Below are positions 53,740 through 63,465 of a stretch of DNA of 64,000 bases, piece by piece. Numbering within the stretch: position 1 is the first letter of the stretch; every line of letters begins with the position of its first letter. Where the stretch lies: NCBI GenBank assembly GCA_035498175.1, contig DATKAJ010000105.1:9482-73481 (forward strand). The letters are read 5' to 3'. The notes under the pieces are model-generated. The model worked only from the letters and a program-made list of their open reading frames with translations, was not told the DNA's origin and made no database searches. The position numbers and the translations under genes were made by a program. The DNA comes from Burkholderiaceae bacterium. GTDB lineage: Bacteria > Pseudomonadota > Gammaproteobacteria > Burkholderiales > Burkholderiaceae_F.

Positions 53740-55428
53740 TTATGCCGGCACCGTTCCCTTGGGCGCTGTCGCCTTGCGCAGCTCGCGCCGCAGGATCTTG
53801 CCGATGTTGGTCTTCGGCAGCGGCTCGGTGCGGAACTCGACCAGCTTCGGCATCTTGTAGGCCGTCAGATTCTTCCTGCAGTGCTCGAGCAGTGCCTCGG
53901 CGGAAAGCGCCTCGTCCTTCTTCACGACGACGATTTTCACGGCCTCACCCGAACGCTCGTCGGGCTCGCCAATCGCCGCGACCTCGAGCACGCCGGGATG
54001 CATCATCACGACGTCTTCGATCTCGTTCGGGAATACCTTGAACCCGGACACGATGATCATGTCCTTCTTGCGGTCGGTGATCTTGACCCGGCCGTCCTCA
54101 TCCATGAAGCCCATGTCGCCGGTCCGCAGCCAGCCGTCGCGCGTGAACACCTTCGCGGTCTCGTCCGGCCGCTGCCAGTAGCCCTTCATCACCTGCGGGC
54201 CGCGGATCACGATTTCGCCCACTTCACCGACAGGCAGGAGCGCCCCGTTGTCGTCGAAGATCGCGGCGTCGGTCGAAGGAATCGGCACACCGATGTTGCC
54301 GGTCCAGTCCTTGATGTTGAGCGGGTTGGAGATGACAACCGGTGCGGTCTCGGTCAGGCCGTAGCCTTCGATGATCGGCACCCCGGTCGCCTGCTTCCAG
54401 CGCTCCGCAACCGCGCGCTGCACGGCCATGCCGCCCGCCGACGTCACTTTCAGCCGGTGCAGGTTGAGCTCGCTGAAACCGGGCGCGTTGAGCAGCGCGT
54501 TATACAGCGTGTTCACGCCGATCATCGTCGTAAACGGCACCTTCTTAAGCGTTGCGATGAAGGCAGGAACGTCGCGCGGGTTGGTGATCAGCTCGACGCG
54601 TGCGCCAATCTTCATGTACACGAGACTGCAGGTCAGCGCGAAGATGTGATACAGCGGCAATGGAACGACCGCGACTTCCTTGCCGTCCAGGAGGTCGCGC
54701 GCGATCCAGGCAGCCACCTGCTGGACGTTGGCGACCATGTTGGCCTGCGTCAGCATCGCGCCTTTGGCCACACCAGTCGTACCGCCGGTGTACTGCAGGA
54801 ACGCCAGGTCCTCGTGCTCCACCGGCACGTCGTCGAGCGTCTCGGCGTGTCCGGCCGCGAGCGCATCACTGAACGTGATGGTCTGCGCCAGGTGCCATTC
54901 GGGCACCATCTTCTTGACGTGCTTGACCACGAGATTGGTCAGCATCCGTTTGAAGGCCGGCATCATGTCGCCGATCTGCGTCGTGATCACAGTGCGCACC
55001 GACGTGCGGGCGATGACCTGCTCGAGCGTGTGCGCGAAGTTCTCGAGCACGACGATCGCTGCCGCGCCGGAGTCCTTGAGCTGATGCTCGAGTTCGCGTG
55101 GCGTATACAGCGGGTTGGTGTTGACGACGACGACGCCCGCCCGCTGCGCGCCGAAGAGCGCAATCGGGTACTGGATCAGATTCGGCAGCATGATCGCCAG
55201 CCGGTCGCCTTTCGCCAGCCCGGCGACTTTCCGCAGGTAAGCGGCAAAGTCGCGGGACAGTTCATCGAGTTCGCGGTACGTGATCGTCTGACCCATGTTC
55301 CCGTAGGCCGGCAGGTCCGCAAAGCGCACGCAGCTCGATTCGAGGATGCTCTTCAGGGACCGGAACGCGGTCGTATCCACTTCCGCCGGGATTCCTTCTG
55401 GGTAGAGCTTCAACCAGGGTCGTTGCAT
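53740..55428 (-). CDS. fadD: long-chain-fatty-acid--CoA ligase
   Basis: MQRPWLKLYPEGIP N-terminus, AMP-binding LQYTGGTTGVAKGAML, GYGLTET, TGDMGFMDEDG. GGAGAAG SD. Confidence 0.9.
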   Translation of the reverse strand: MQRPWLKLYPEGIPAEVDTTAFRSLKSILESSCVRFADLPAYGNMGQTITYRELDELSRDFAAYLRKVAGLAKGDRLAIMLPNLIQYPIALFGAQRAGVVVVNTNPLYTPRELEHQLKDSGAAAIVVLENFAHTLEQVIARTSVRTVITTQIGDMMPAFKRMLTNLVVKHVKKMVPEWHLAQTITFSDALAAGHAETLDDVPVEHEDLAFLQYTGGTTGVAKGAMLTQANMVANVQQVAAWIARDLLDGKEVAVVPLPLYHIFALTCSLVYMKIGARVELITNPRDVPAFIATLKKVPFTTMIGVNTLYNALLNAPGFSELNLHRLKVTSAGGMAVQRAVAERWKQATGVPIIEGYGLTETAPVVISNPLNIKDWTGNIGVPIPSTDAAIFDDNGALLPVGEVGEIVIRGPQVMKGYWQRPDETAKVFTRDGWLRTGDMGFMDEDGRVKITDRKKDMIIVSGFKVFPNEIEDVVMMHPGVLEVAAIGEPDERSGEAVKIVVVKKDEALSAEALLEHCRKNLTAYKMPKLVEFRTEPLPKTNIGKILRRELRKATAPKGTVPA

Positions 55429-55599
55429 AACTTCTCCTTCGCTTTTCGCATCTCTGGGGATGTTGTAGGCCGCCGGCAGCCGCGCGGAATGTCCAAGGTC
55501 AAACGGGCCTGCCGCTCGAGCGCCAGGCCACGGGTGCGCGAGCCGAGGGTTATCCTCGGCGGCGGAATTCACGCCCGCCGCCCCAGACTTTCAGACCCG

Positions 55600-56100
55600 A
55601 TGAATACCCCCGCGCCGGCCCTCGGATGGCCACCGGACGAACGCGAGCGCCTGGTGGCGATCGAAACCTTTGCGCTGATCGCCCGGCCGGCAGCCGAGGT
55701 GTTCGATTTCGTGACGAACGCCTCGCTCTGGCACCACTGGCACCCTGCCACGGAGTCCGTTACAGCGGCCCCTCGACCGCTGAAGCTGGGCGACCAGGCG
55801 ACGGCGGCGATACGCGCAGGCCGCCGCCGCTTCAGCGCCACCTGGACCGTGCTCGCGTGTGAACCACCGGCACTCTGGGTCATAGGTGCGTCGCCGCCGG
55901 GCGGCGACGCGCGCATCGTCTACGAACTGCGCAGCGACGGCGGCGAACTGACGCGCTTCTTCCGGACGCTGTCGTACCGGTCGCGGCGTTGGCCCTGGAC
56001 GATGTTCGACCGCAACCTGACGCGATCGATCCTGACGAAGCAGTCGGAACGCGCGCTCGCCAACCTCAAGCGCGTGCTGGAAGCCGACCGCCGGCGCTGA
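55600..56100 (+). CDS. SRPBCC (polyketide cyclase/dehydrase-like) family protein
   Basis: 166 aa from the internal ATG. VFDFVTNASLWHHWHP pattern. Only this 3' part of the 794-aa track ORF looks coding. Confidence 0.6.
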   Translation: MNTPAPALGWPPDERERLVAIETFALIARPAAEVFDFVTNASLWHHWHPATESVTAAPRPLKLGDQATAAIRAGRRRFSATWTVLACEPPALWVIGASPPGGDARIVYELRSDGGELTRFFRTLSYRSRRWPWTMFDRNLTRSILTKQSERALANLKRVLEADRRR

Positions 56101-56141
56101 AACGGCGGCGCGCCGCGGCGTGCTGCAAGGGCGTCATCCGA

Positions 56142-57248
56142 TCAGACCGCTGCGAGCGCGCGCTCGACCGCGCGCCACAGCGCCTCGCCCGGCTCGCAAC
56201 CGACCGAGACGCGGATGAAGCCCTCGGCGACTGCGTCGCCCCAGCGCGCACGACGTTCGGCGCTGGTGTGCACGCCGCCGAAGCTGGTCGACGCCCGCAT
56301 CAGGTCACAGCGTTCGATGAAGCGCTCGGCGGCCGCGCGGTCGGCCAGCGTCAGCGCGATCAGGCTGCCGCCGGTACTCATCTGCGCGCGCGCCAGCGCG
56401 TGCGCCGGGTGCGACGCGAGCCCCGGATACCCCAGCGCGCGCACCTTCGGATGCGCGCTCAGCCGTTCGGCGAGCAGCAGGGCGTTGGCGCTGGCGCGCG
56501 CGAAGCGCACTTCGAGCGTTTCCAGGCCGCGGTGCACGAGCCACGCTTCGAACGGCCCCGGAATCGCACCGGCGACGCGGCGCCAGTCACGCACCGCGCC
56601 GATCAGCTCCGTCTTGCGCGAACTGACATGGCCGAACAGCACGTCCGAGTGACCGTTGAGCGCTTTGGTGTCGGCCGAGACGATGAGGTCGGCGCCGAGG
56701 TCGAGCGGCCGCTGCCCGAGCGGCGTCATCGTCGTGTTGTCCACGACGAGCAGTGCGCCCGCCGCCTTTGCGTTGCGCGCGATCGCGACGATGTCTGCCA
56801 GATCGAGGCCCGGATTCGACGGCGTCTCGACCCACACCATGCGGTAGCCGTCGAGCGCGCGGCTGGCCGCGCCGGCAGTCCCAACCTGATCCACCGCGAC
56901 GCCGAACGACGCAAGGAACTTCTCCGCGAACACCCGCACCGTGTAGTAGCCGTCCGAAGGCAGCAGCACGCGGTCGCCGGGCTTGAGCAGCGCGTAGAAG
57001 ACCGCGGCGATCGCCGCCATGCCCGACGGAAAGGTGACCGTCTCGGCATCCTCGAGCAGCGCGAGCGTCTCCTCGAGCGCGGTCCACGTCGGATTGCCCC
57101 AGCGCGCGTACTGATAGGGGCCGCTAGGATCGGCTTGCAGCCGGTAGACGCTGGTGTTGACGATCGGCGGCGTAAAGGCCTCGCCGAAAGCCGTCGATTG
57201 ACTCGCGTGATGCAGCGCGCGCGCGAAGCGCTCTTCGAGGTCGGACAT
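56142..57248 (-). CDS. Cys/Met-metabolism PLP-dependent enzyme (cystathionine beta-lyase/gamma-synthase family)
   Basis: YARWGNPT, FPSGMAAI and SADTKALNGHSD (PLP-lysine) motifs. Confidence 0.85.
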   Translation of the reverse strand: MSDLEERFARALHHASQSTAFGEAFTPPIVNTSVYRLQADPSGPYQYARWGNPTWTALEETLALLEDAETVTFPSGMAAIAAVFYALLKPGDRVLLPSDGYYTVRVFAEKFLASFGVAVDQVGTAGAASRALDGYRMVWVETPSNPGLDLADIVAIARNAKAAGALLVVDNTTMTPLGQRPLDLGADLIVSADTKALNGHSDVLFGHVSSRKTELIGAVRDWRRVAGAIPGPFEAWLVHRGLETLEVRFARASANALLLAERLSAHPKVRALGYPGLASHPAHALARAQMSTGGSLIALTLADRAAAERFIERCDLMRASTSFGGVHTSAERRARWGDAVAEGFIRVSVGCEPGEALWRAVERALAAV

Positions 57249-57329
57249 GCGAGGCTCCCGGCGTTAGCCGACACATTATCCGCGCCGCGTGCCGACAGGC
57301 GCTGTTAGCGCGGCACCGTGCGGTTCGCC

Positions 57330-57464
57330 CTACCTCTTCGCGTATGCCTCGAGCAGCAGGCTGCGATCGGGCATGTCCTGCAGCACCAGACGGCCGAGCG
57401 AGGTGTCAGCCTGCAGTCGTCCCGACGACTGGGGTTGAGCGTCGTCGCCGTTGGCGCGAGTCAC
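57330..57464 (-). CDS. possible 44-codon small ORF (GTG start) trailing the exported-protein operon
   Basis: ~82 percent GC3 by hand count, 21 nt after the stop of the upstream gene. Sequence VTRANGDDAQPQSSGRLQADTSLGRLVLQDMPDRSLLLEAYAKR. No family recognised. Confidence 0.2.
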   Translation of the reverse strand: MTRANGDDAQPQSSGRLQADTSLGRLVLQDMPDRSLLLEAYAKR

Positions 57465-57485
57465 TTCTTCGTCATCGACTCACGC

Positions 57486-58034
57486 CTAGCAGATCCATCC
57501 TTTGTTGCGTTGCGGCTCCATCTCGAAGCTCGTGTAGTCCCCGCTCTTGTCGTCGCTCACCGACTGCGCGTGCAGGTAGAGCGGCTTGCGCCCGGCGAGC
57601 GTGACGCGATAGATGCGCGAACCGCCCGACGCCTCGCCCGGACATGCACCGCGGACCTGCTCGAACTTCGTGTTCGCCGGAAACTGCGACGTCACCGCCT
57701 GCTGGATCTTCGGCAGCTCGATCTTCTTCTGCACGCCCGCCGTTGCCGAGGTGACGTTCTTCTGCGTGCCGACAAGGGCCAACTCTCCGGTGCCAAGCCC
57801 GTCGAGCGGCAGATTTGCGTTCCAGTAGTACTGGTTGCCGCCGCGCTGCGGCGCCTTGCCCTTCCACTGCGTGCCTTTGAGTTTGGAGAAGGCGGACCAG
57901 TCGTTGGTGGGCTGCGGTGAGGCCGCCGGCGCGGCCAGCGCCGCAGCAATTTCGCCGAGCGTCGCGGCCGTGGCGCAGGGCGCCACAAGCACAGCAGTAC
58001 ACGCGGCCACCGCCGCGACAATGAGCCTCTTCAT
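57486..58034 (-). CDS. secreted hypothetical protein
   Basis: Signal peptide MKRLIVAAVAACTAVLVAPCATAA; 182 aa; ends in Cys. Confidence 0.6.
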   Translation of the reverse strand: MKRLIVAAVAACTAVLVAPCATAATLGEIAAALAAPAASPQPTNDWSAFSKLKGTQWKGKAPQRGGNQYYWNANLPLDGLGTGELALVGTQKNVTSATAGVQKKIELPKIQQAVTSQFPANTKFEQVRGACPGEASGGSRIYRVTLAGRKPLYLHAQSVSDDKSGDYTSFEMEPQRNKGWIC

Positions 58035-58072
58035 GTCGCTCCCCCTGCCCTGTGTGTAGGTGATCCGGACGG

Positions 58073-58495
58073 CTACCCCTGCCGCCATTGCTTCTTCCAC
58101 AGCGCGCTCAGTTCGGTCGCCACCGCGCCCGGCGGATCACCGATCAGCGTCGTCTTGCCTCTCTCGTAGATCGTGCCGTAAACGACCTTCTTCTCGGGCG
58201 AGTACAAAATCACCGCGTTGTTGTCGCCGCAGTCGTGGTCCTTGCAGAACGCGCTCAGCACATAGCGCTGACCCGCGACGGTGACAAAGGTGTCTTCGGG
58301 CGCCGGTCCGTTGCGCCTGGCGATCCATGGCGTGTTGGCCCGCGGGCCAATCGCCTTCATGTAGGCCGACTTGAACGCCGGCTCCTTCAGGTACTCCCAG
58401 GCCTGCTTCTGCTTCTGCGCGCTCGCAGGCGCGACGAGCGCCACGAGCATCAGGCCGAAGCAAGCGCCTGCGATCCCGATCCACCTCGACATCAC
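58073..58495 (-). CDS. Ivy-family (inhibitor of vertebrate lysozyme)-like periplasmic protein
   Basis: Signal peptide. The loop FCKDHDCGDNN closely matches the Ivy CKPHDC inhibitory loop. Confidence 0.65.
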   Translation of the reverse strand: MMSRWIGIAGACFGLMLVALVAPASAQKQKQAWEYLKEPAFKSAYMKAIGPRANTPWIARRNGPAPEDTFVTVAGQRYVLSAFCKDHDCGDNNAVILYSPEKKVVYGTIYERGKTTLIGDPPGAVATELSALWKKQWRQG

Positions 58496-58524
58496 GCCCC
58501 CGCTCCGCCGCGATTCGCTCGCAT

Positions 58525-59007
58525 TCAGAACTTCGGCGGCGGCAGGCTGTTCGGGTCCGCCTTCTCGCAGCGCATCCTGAAGGTCGCCAGGATCGTGTCG
58601 TCGGCGTTGCGGTAATCGCCCTCGAGATTGCCGGTCTGGCGATCGATCGACACGCGGATGTACGCGAGGCGCTTCAGACTCGGATCCCAGGCAAACAGCG
58701 CGCCACGATACCAGTCGTAGTACAGCTGCGTGCGCGCCTGCGGCGAGCGATAGGTCATGCTGTACGCCGCGGGCGAGACCTCGTACTTCATCTTGTCGCC
58801 GACCGGCAGAACATTCGAGCGCTGGATCAGCGCGGTCTGATTGTTGTCACGCAGCGCGAGGTCGAGATTGGCCGGCGCCCTTCCCTTGGGCGACGACACC
58901 TCGCCGTCGCACTTCACGTACAGCGAGAAATAGTCCGCCGAGGCGCTGATCGGCAGCGCCAGCACTGCGATGCCGATCAGCACATCGAAGCCGCGATGGG
59001 GTTTCAT
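58525..59007 (-). CDS. secreted hypothetical protein
   Basis: Signal peptide ...LALPISASA. Two Cys (KCDGE, RCEKA). 4-nt gap after the upstream gene. Confidence 0.6.
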   Translation of the reverse strand: MKPHRGFDVLIGIAVLALPISASADYFSLYVKCDGEVSSPKGRAPANLDLALRDNNQTALIQRSNVLPVGDKMKYEVSPAAYSMTYRSPQARTQLYYDWYRGALFAWDPSLKRLAYIRVSIDRQTGNLEGDYRNADDTILATFRMRCEKADPNSLPPPKF

Positions 59008-59011
59008 CGGG

Positions 59012-59902
59012 CTACTGCTTCACTTCGCGCGAGGCATCGGTGCTGCCGCCCTGCACGCCGAGCCGACCTCCCGTGCCCAGGCCGCCACGCACCGTCTGCG
59101 CCTTGTAGTTGCGCAGCGCGCGGACCATCTTGTTGTACGAATCTGTAAACGCCGCAAAGATGACCTTGCCCTGCGGCGTGCTGGTGTAGGCGCCCGCGCC
59201 GCCGGCTGCGCCCCCACCGAAGAAGCCGCCCATGCCGGCAAAGTCGACATTCTTCGAGTAGCCCTCGGCCGCGGCCAGTTGCACCGTGGAACGGTTGTCG
59301 ATCAGCGTCAGGATCGCGCCGGCTTCATTGGTCGACATCGACCCGGCGATGCCGCCGACCACCGCGCCGACACCGGTACGCCCGAGCAACCCGCCGAGAC
59401 CGCCACCGGCACGCTGGCCGCCGCGGTCCGACAGGATCACTTCGGGGATCATCGTGTAGTCGGCCGCAGCGATCTGGCCCTTGCCCATGTTGCTGCCCGC
59501 ACGGCCTTCTTCGCCGCGAATCAGATCGGCTTCACGATTACGCGCCGCGAGGCCGCGGCCGCGGTCGACGATCACGAAGCAATTCGACTGCTGGATGATC
59601 AGCCGCAGCGCGGGGACCGTCGAGCCCATCTTGTACTGGCTCTGATACGCCGAGTACCAGCCGGCGTTTGTTTGCTCGTCGATCATGATCGTGCCGAGCG
59701 TTTCGGGACAGGTCTCGAGTCCGGGATTGGACTCGGTGGTGCTGCCGCCGGCCGCTGCACCCTGCGCCTGCGTGGCATGTCCGCCACCTGGCTGCGGGTC
59801 TGCGGCGAGGCAGTTCCAGGGCGCAAGCGCCGCCCCGCCCAGCAGCAGAACGGGGGCGAGCCAGCGGGCGCCGACCGCCGCACCGATTGCCTTTGCGTTC
59901 AT
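59012..59902 (-). CDS. CsgG/HfaB-family outer-membrane secretion-channel-like protein
   Basis: Signal peptide. LIIQQSNCFVIVDRG...AADYTMIPEVI...Gly-rich loop...AGAILTLIDNRS pattern typical of the CsgG fold. Confidence 0.65.
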   Translation of the reverse strand: MNAKAIGAAVGARWLAPVLLLGGAALAPWNCLAADPQPGGGHATQAQGAAAGGSTTESNPGLETCPETLGTIMIDEQTNAGWYSAYQSQYKMGSTVPALRLIIQQSNCFVIVDRGRGLAARNREADLIRGEEGRAGSNMGKGQIAAADYTMIPEVILSDRGGQRAGGGLGGLLGRTGVGAVVGGIAGSMSTNEAGAILTLIDNRSTVQLAAAEGYSKNVDFAGMGGFFGGGAAGGAGAYTSTPQGKVIFAAFTDSYNKMVRALRNYKAQTVRGGLGTGGRLGVQGGSTDASREVKQ

Positions 59903-59974
59903 CGCACTCTCCTCCTCGAAAGCCGCCGCGCGGCACGCCTGCAACGTAGCGAGCAGGGCGTTACCGAGCCGTTA

Positions 59975-62900
59975 CTACAGACGCGTCGCCGCTGTCAGGA
60001 CACCCCGGTGGACCGGATTACGGTCCAGGAAACTGTCGCGAAACGCCTCCGGGACCTGGCTCGCGGCCTGGCGCAGCCAGGCCACCGCGGGCGCCAGCGC
60101 CGCCGCGGCCCGCTCGTGCTCGCCGGCAGCCCGCAGCACCTCGAAGCCAACGGCCGCCGCGAAGACCGGAGAACAATCGGCCGCCTGCTGCGATGCCAGC
60201 GACGGTTGCAGCGCGGCCCAGCGCGCGGCCGCCGCCCCGACATCTCCACCATGCAACGTGGAGCGCACGGCGAGCAGCCGCGCCTTGAGCGCGATCCCGC
60301 CGTATTCGCGCTGCTCGGCATCGCCGGCGATCGCATCGCACGTTCGCAGCGCCTCGTGGGCATCGAGCATCTCAGTCCGCTCGAGGCCGAGCAGCGCACC
60401 GATGTAAAAGTCCTCGCTCAGCGCAAGCTCGTCCGCCGCTCGCGCCAGGTCCGTCGCCGGAGAAGATCCCAGCAGCCGCGCGATACGTCCCGACAGCAGC
60501 GCGCCGCGCGCGGCGACGTGGCTCACCGAGGGCGACTGGTACTCAAGCGCACGGCGCGCGCGCGTGTACTGCCCGAGCTCGATCAGCGTCATCGCGAGGT
60601 TGTTGCTGCAGACGGCGATCCAGAGCGTCTGTCCGTCGCGCCGGAAGCACTCGAGTGCGCTGTCGAACGCCTGCAGGCTGATCGAGTAATGCCCGCGCGC
60701 CGCGGCATACAGCGCAACGTGCGCCTCGATGACGCCAGCAATCGGCCCGGCCGCGCCGCCGAGCTCGACCTGCAGGGCGCGCGCGCGCAGAGCGTGCTCG
60801 TACGCCTGATCGGCGTGGCCGAGGTTGCCGTAGACGGTGGCCAGATTGGTCGTCAGCATCGCGAGCTCCGCCAGATCGCCGAGTTCGCGCGCGCACTCGA
60901 TCGCACGCGTCAACGCCGCGGCCGTGCGCCGCAGTCGCCGTTCCGAATTCAACACGTACGCCAGATCCGACCAGTAGTGCCCGCGCTGTTGCAGCGATCC
61001 CTCGTTCTCGATCATCGACTCGAACGGCGCCAGGACGGCCTCGGCTTCGGTCGTCTTTCCCTGCTGCGCGAGGCCAACCGCGATCAAGCGCGCTGCCTCG
61101 AACCGCAGCGCGGGCTGCCCGAGCGCCTCCGCCAACGCCAGCGCCTCGCGCGCGCTGGCGATTCCAGTGACGTGGTCGGCTGCCATCAGCGCCGCATTGG
61201 CGCGCGCGGTCAGCGCGGCCGCCTTCTGCGCATCCGTGCGTGCGACCGCGATCATGCCTTCGATCACCGTCTGCGCATGCTCGACGCCGCGCACCAGGAT
61301 AAGACCCTCGATGCTTGCCGCACGCGCCTCGAACGCGGCGTCGGCGTCGCCTGCGCGATCGAAGCAGTGCGTCGCCGCCTCGCGCTGCTCGACTTCCTCG
61401 CCGCGTCGCGACGCGCGCCGCGCTGCCTCGGCGGCGCGCACGTGGCAGCGCGCAGCCAGCAGCCACGCTCCGGACTCTGCGAAATGCTGTGCAACTCGCG
61501 CCGGTGGTGCCGACTGTGCATCGAGATACTCGGCGATACCACGGTGGAGCAGGCGGCCGATTGGCCCCGGCACGCCACGCAGCGCCACGTCGCGCACCAG
61601 ATCGTGTGCAAAGCCGTCGCCCTGCAGCACGTGCGCGCGCTCGAGTTCGGACCAGGCCTCGGCCAAGTCGAGCGGATGGGCCTGCAGCACATGCGCCGCG
61701 AGCGCAGCGCTGAATTCGGGGCCTGCGAGCGCCGCGATCCGCGCCAGCCGCAGCGCTGCGGGGCTCAACTGCGCCAGGCGGCGCTCGATCAGCGCGCCGA
61801 CACTGGGCGCCGTCGGCAGCGGCCCGCGCAGCGCGTCAGGCTGCACCACCATGGCTCCCAACGTTTCAAGCACGAAGTACGGATTGCCCCCGGTGTGACG
61901 GGTGAGCGGCCCGGCGATCGCCGCCGAATCGATTCCAGCCAGCGCGAGCGTATCCAGCAGCTGCCGCACGTCGGCCTCGCTCAGCGCCGGCAGCGCGATC
62001 TCGATCAGCGTGGTTCCGGTCTCGACCCCTTCCCAGGCGGCGAGGGCGGGCGGCATCTCCGCCCCGCGCACCGCGAGCGCGAAGCGCAGGCCCGATGTCA
62101 CGAGCGCGGGCAGCAGCTCGAGCGAGGCCGAGTCCGCGAAGTGCAGGTCGTCCAGCGCCACGCCGGCCAGCCCGCCGGCGGCCTGCGCGGCGCAGGCCTG
62201 CGCGACAGCCTGGCGGAAGCGCGCTTCGTTCAGCGGCTCCGACGGCGCCGACCCGATCTCCGGCAGCACGCGCGCAAGTTCGGCACGCAGCGGGTCGACA
62301 ACCGTCTTGGCGACACCGGTGTCGCCACCGAGGAGGGAACGCAGCAGGCGCGCGAGCAGCGCATACGGAACGCGCTCATCCCCGGGGCGTGCACCGACCA
62401 GGGGAATGCCGCGCGTCTGCGCGAAGTCGCCGAGCAGGCGTGTCTTGCCCATCCCTGCGTCGGCAATCACGACGGCGACACGCTGCTGTTCCCACGCCTC
62501 TTCGAGTGCACGGAACTGCCGCTCGCGCCCGACTCGCACCGGCGGGCGTGCAATCGCCGTCGGCAGGCGCCGCGCGGCACTGCCTGGCAGTTCGCCCGAG
62601 CGCTCGATCAACTGGGCCAGCTCACGCGTCTCGGTGCTCGGTTCGGCGTCGAGCTCGCGCCGCAGCCATTGCTCGCAGCGCGCGTAGGCGGCAAGCGCCG
62701 CCGAGCGATCGCCGCGCCGGTAGTGCAGCCGCATCACCATGCGATGCGCCTGCTCGGACAGCGGCTCGTCGACAACCAGGCGGTCCGCGTAGACGAGCGC
62801 GCGCGCGATGTGTCCGCCGGCTTCCTCGGCCGCCGCGGCTGCTGCGATGGCGTCGCGCCGCTGTGCGCGAAAGCGCTCGCGCGCGGCGCGAACCCAGTCG

Positions 62901-63370
62901 TCGAGCTCGGCGCAGTCCTCATAGCCGAAACTGCCGAGCAGCTCGCCGGCGGCCGCCGTCGGATCCTGCGCCAGCTGGGCGCGCACCGAGAGGTCGTGCA
63001 TGACCCCGGCCGCGAGCGCAAGCGCCGCGCTTTCGTCGACGACGTCGCGATCGGCGGCGCGGCGCAGCCGGAACAGGCGTTGCCGCAGGCTGTTGCGGGC
63101 CTTCTGCGATTCCGAATCGGGCCAGAGCAGCGCCGCCGCGTGCTGCCGTGAGGTCGGTCCGTCGAGCGCCAGCAGGGCGAGCAGCGCAGCGTCCTTGCGT
63201 TCGAGAGCGACGAGCCCACCGTCGGCGCGCAGCAGCGCCGGCGCCGCCAGCAGGCGCAGATGGATGACGGCAGCAGCTGTCGAGGGTTCGTGCACCGCCA
63301 GCTCCGCGGGCCGCAACCAGCGATGCAGCCCGGTCGCTGCAGGCCTACGGCGCGCCTCGATCCCGTGCAC
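59975..63370 (-). CDS. large STAND-type regulator: OmpR/PhoB-like wHTH + BTAD + P-loop NTPase + TPR
   Basis: RNSLRQRLFRLRR (wHTH), BTAD helices (AHRMVMRLHYRRGDRSAALAAYARCEQWLRRELDAEPSTET), Walker A ADAGMGKTRLL, long helical repeat tail. The true start may be downstream of 63370. Confidence 0.8.
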   Translation of the reverse strand: MHGIEARRRPAATGLHRWLRPAELAVHEPSTAAAVIHLRLLAAPALLRADGGLVALERKDAALLALLALDGPTSRQHAAALLWPDSESQKARNSLRQRLFRLRRAADRDVVDESAALALAAGVMHDLSVRAQLAQDPTAAAGELLGSFGYEDCAELDDWVRAARERFRAQRRDAIAAAAAAEEAGGHIARALVYADRLVVDEPLSEQAHRMVMRLHYRRGDRSAALAAYARCEQWLRRELDAEPSTETRELAQLIERSGELPGSAARRLPTAIARPPVRVGRERQFRALEEAWEQQRVAVVIADAGMGKTRLLGDFAQTRGIPLVGARPGDERVPYALLARLLRSLLGGDTGVAKTVVDPLRAELARVLPEIGSAPSEPLNEARFRQAVAQACAAQAAGGLAGVALDDLHFADSASLELLPALVTSGLRFALAVRGAEMPPALAAWEGVETGTTLIEIALPALSEADVRQLLDTLALAGIDSAAIAGPLTRHTGGNPYFVLETLGAMVVQPDALRGPLPTAPSVGALIERRLAQLSPAALRLARIAALAGPEFSAALAAHVLQAHPLDLAEAWSELERAHVLQGDGFAHDLVRDVALRGVPGPIGRLLHRGIAEYLDAQSAPPARVAQHFAESGAWLLAARCHVRAAEAARRASRRGEEVEQREAATHCFDRAGDADAAFEARAASIEGLILVRGVEHAQTVIEGMIAVARTDAQKAAALTARANAALMAADHVTGIASAREALALAEALGQPALRFEAARLIAVGLAQQGKTTEAEAVLAPFESMIENEGSLQQRGHYWSDLAYVLNSERRLRRTAAALTRAIECARELGDLAELAMLTTNLATVYGNLGHADQAYEHALRARALQVELGGAAGPIAGVIEAHVALYAAARGHYSISLQAFDSALECFRRDGQTLWIAVCSNNLAMTLIELGQYTRARRALEYQSPSVSHVAARGALLSGRIARLLGSSPATDLARAADELALSEDFYIGALLGLERTEMLDAHEALRTCDAIAGDAEQREYGGIALKARLLAVRSTLHGGDVGAAAARWAALQPSLASQQAADCSPVFAAAVGFEVLRAAGEHERAAAALAPAVAWLRQAASQVPEAFRDSFLDRNPVHRGVLTAATRL

Positions 63371-63376
63371 GACGAA

Positions 63377-63398
63377 CTCCGTCGAAAGGTCGACGGAG
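63377..63398 (-). terminator. hairpin downstream of the molybdoenzyme gene
   Basis: ctccgtcga-aagg-tcgacggag perfect 9-bp stem, followed on the minus strand by UUCGUCGU. Confidence 0.35.
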
Positions 63399-63465
63399 CA
63401 ATGGTTCGACGTGCAGCGTTACCGGGACGTTATAGAGAGCGAAACAGGCCGTCCAGCGCAGCGCG

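Noticed and set aside
53716-55599. 5' three-quarters of the 794-aa plus-strand ORF.
   Set aside because: It is antisense to fadD, whose AMP-binding motifs are unambiguous. Only the 3' part from ATG 55600 (SRPBCC-like) looks coding.
58970-63151. 1393-aa ORF on the plus strand.
   Set aside because: It lies antisense to the STAND regulator gene. The translation is Arg/Ala/Gly-rich with no motifs, whereas the minus-strand frame has clear wHTH, BTAD, Walker A and TPR features. This is a typical high-GC shadow ORF.
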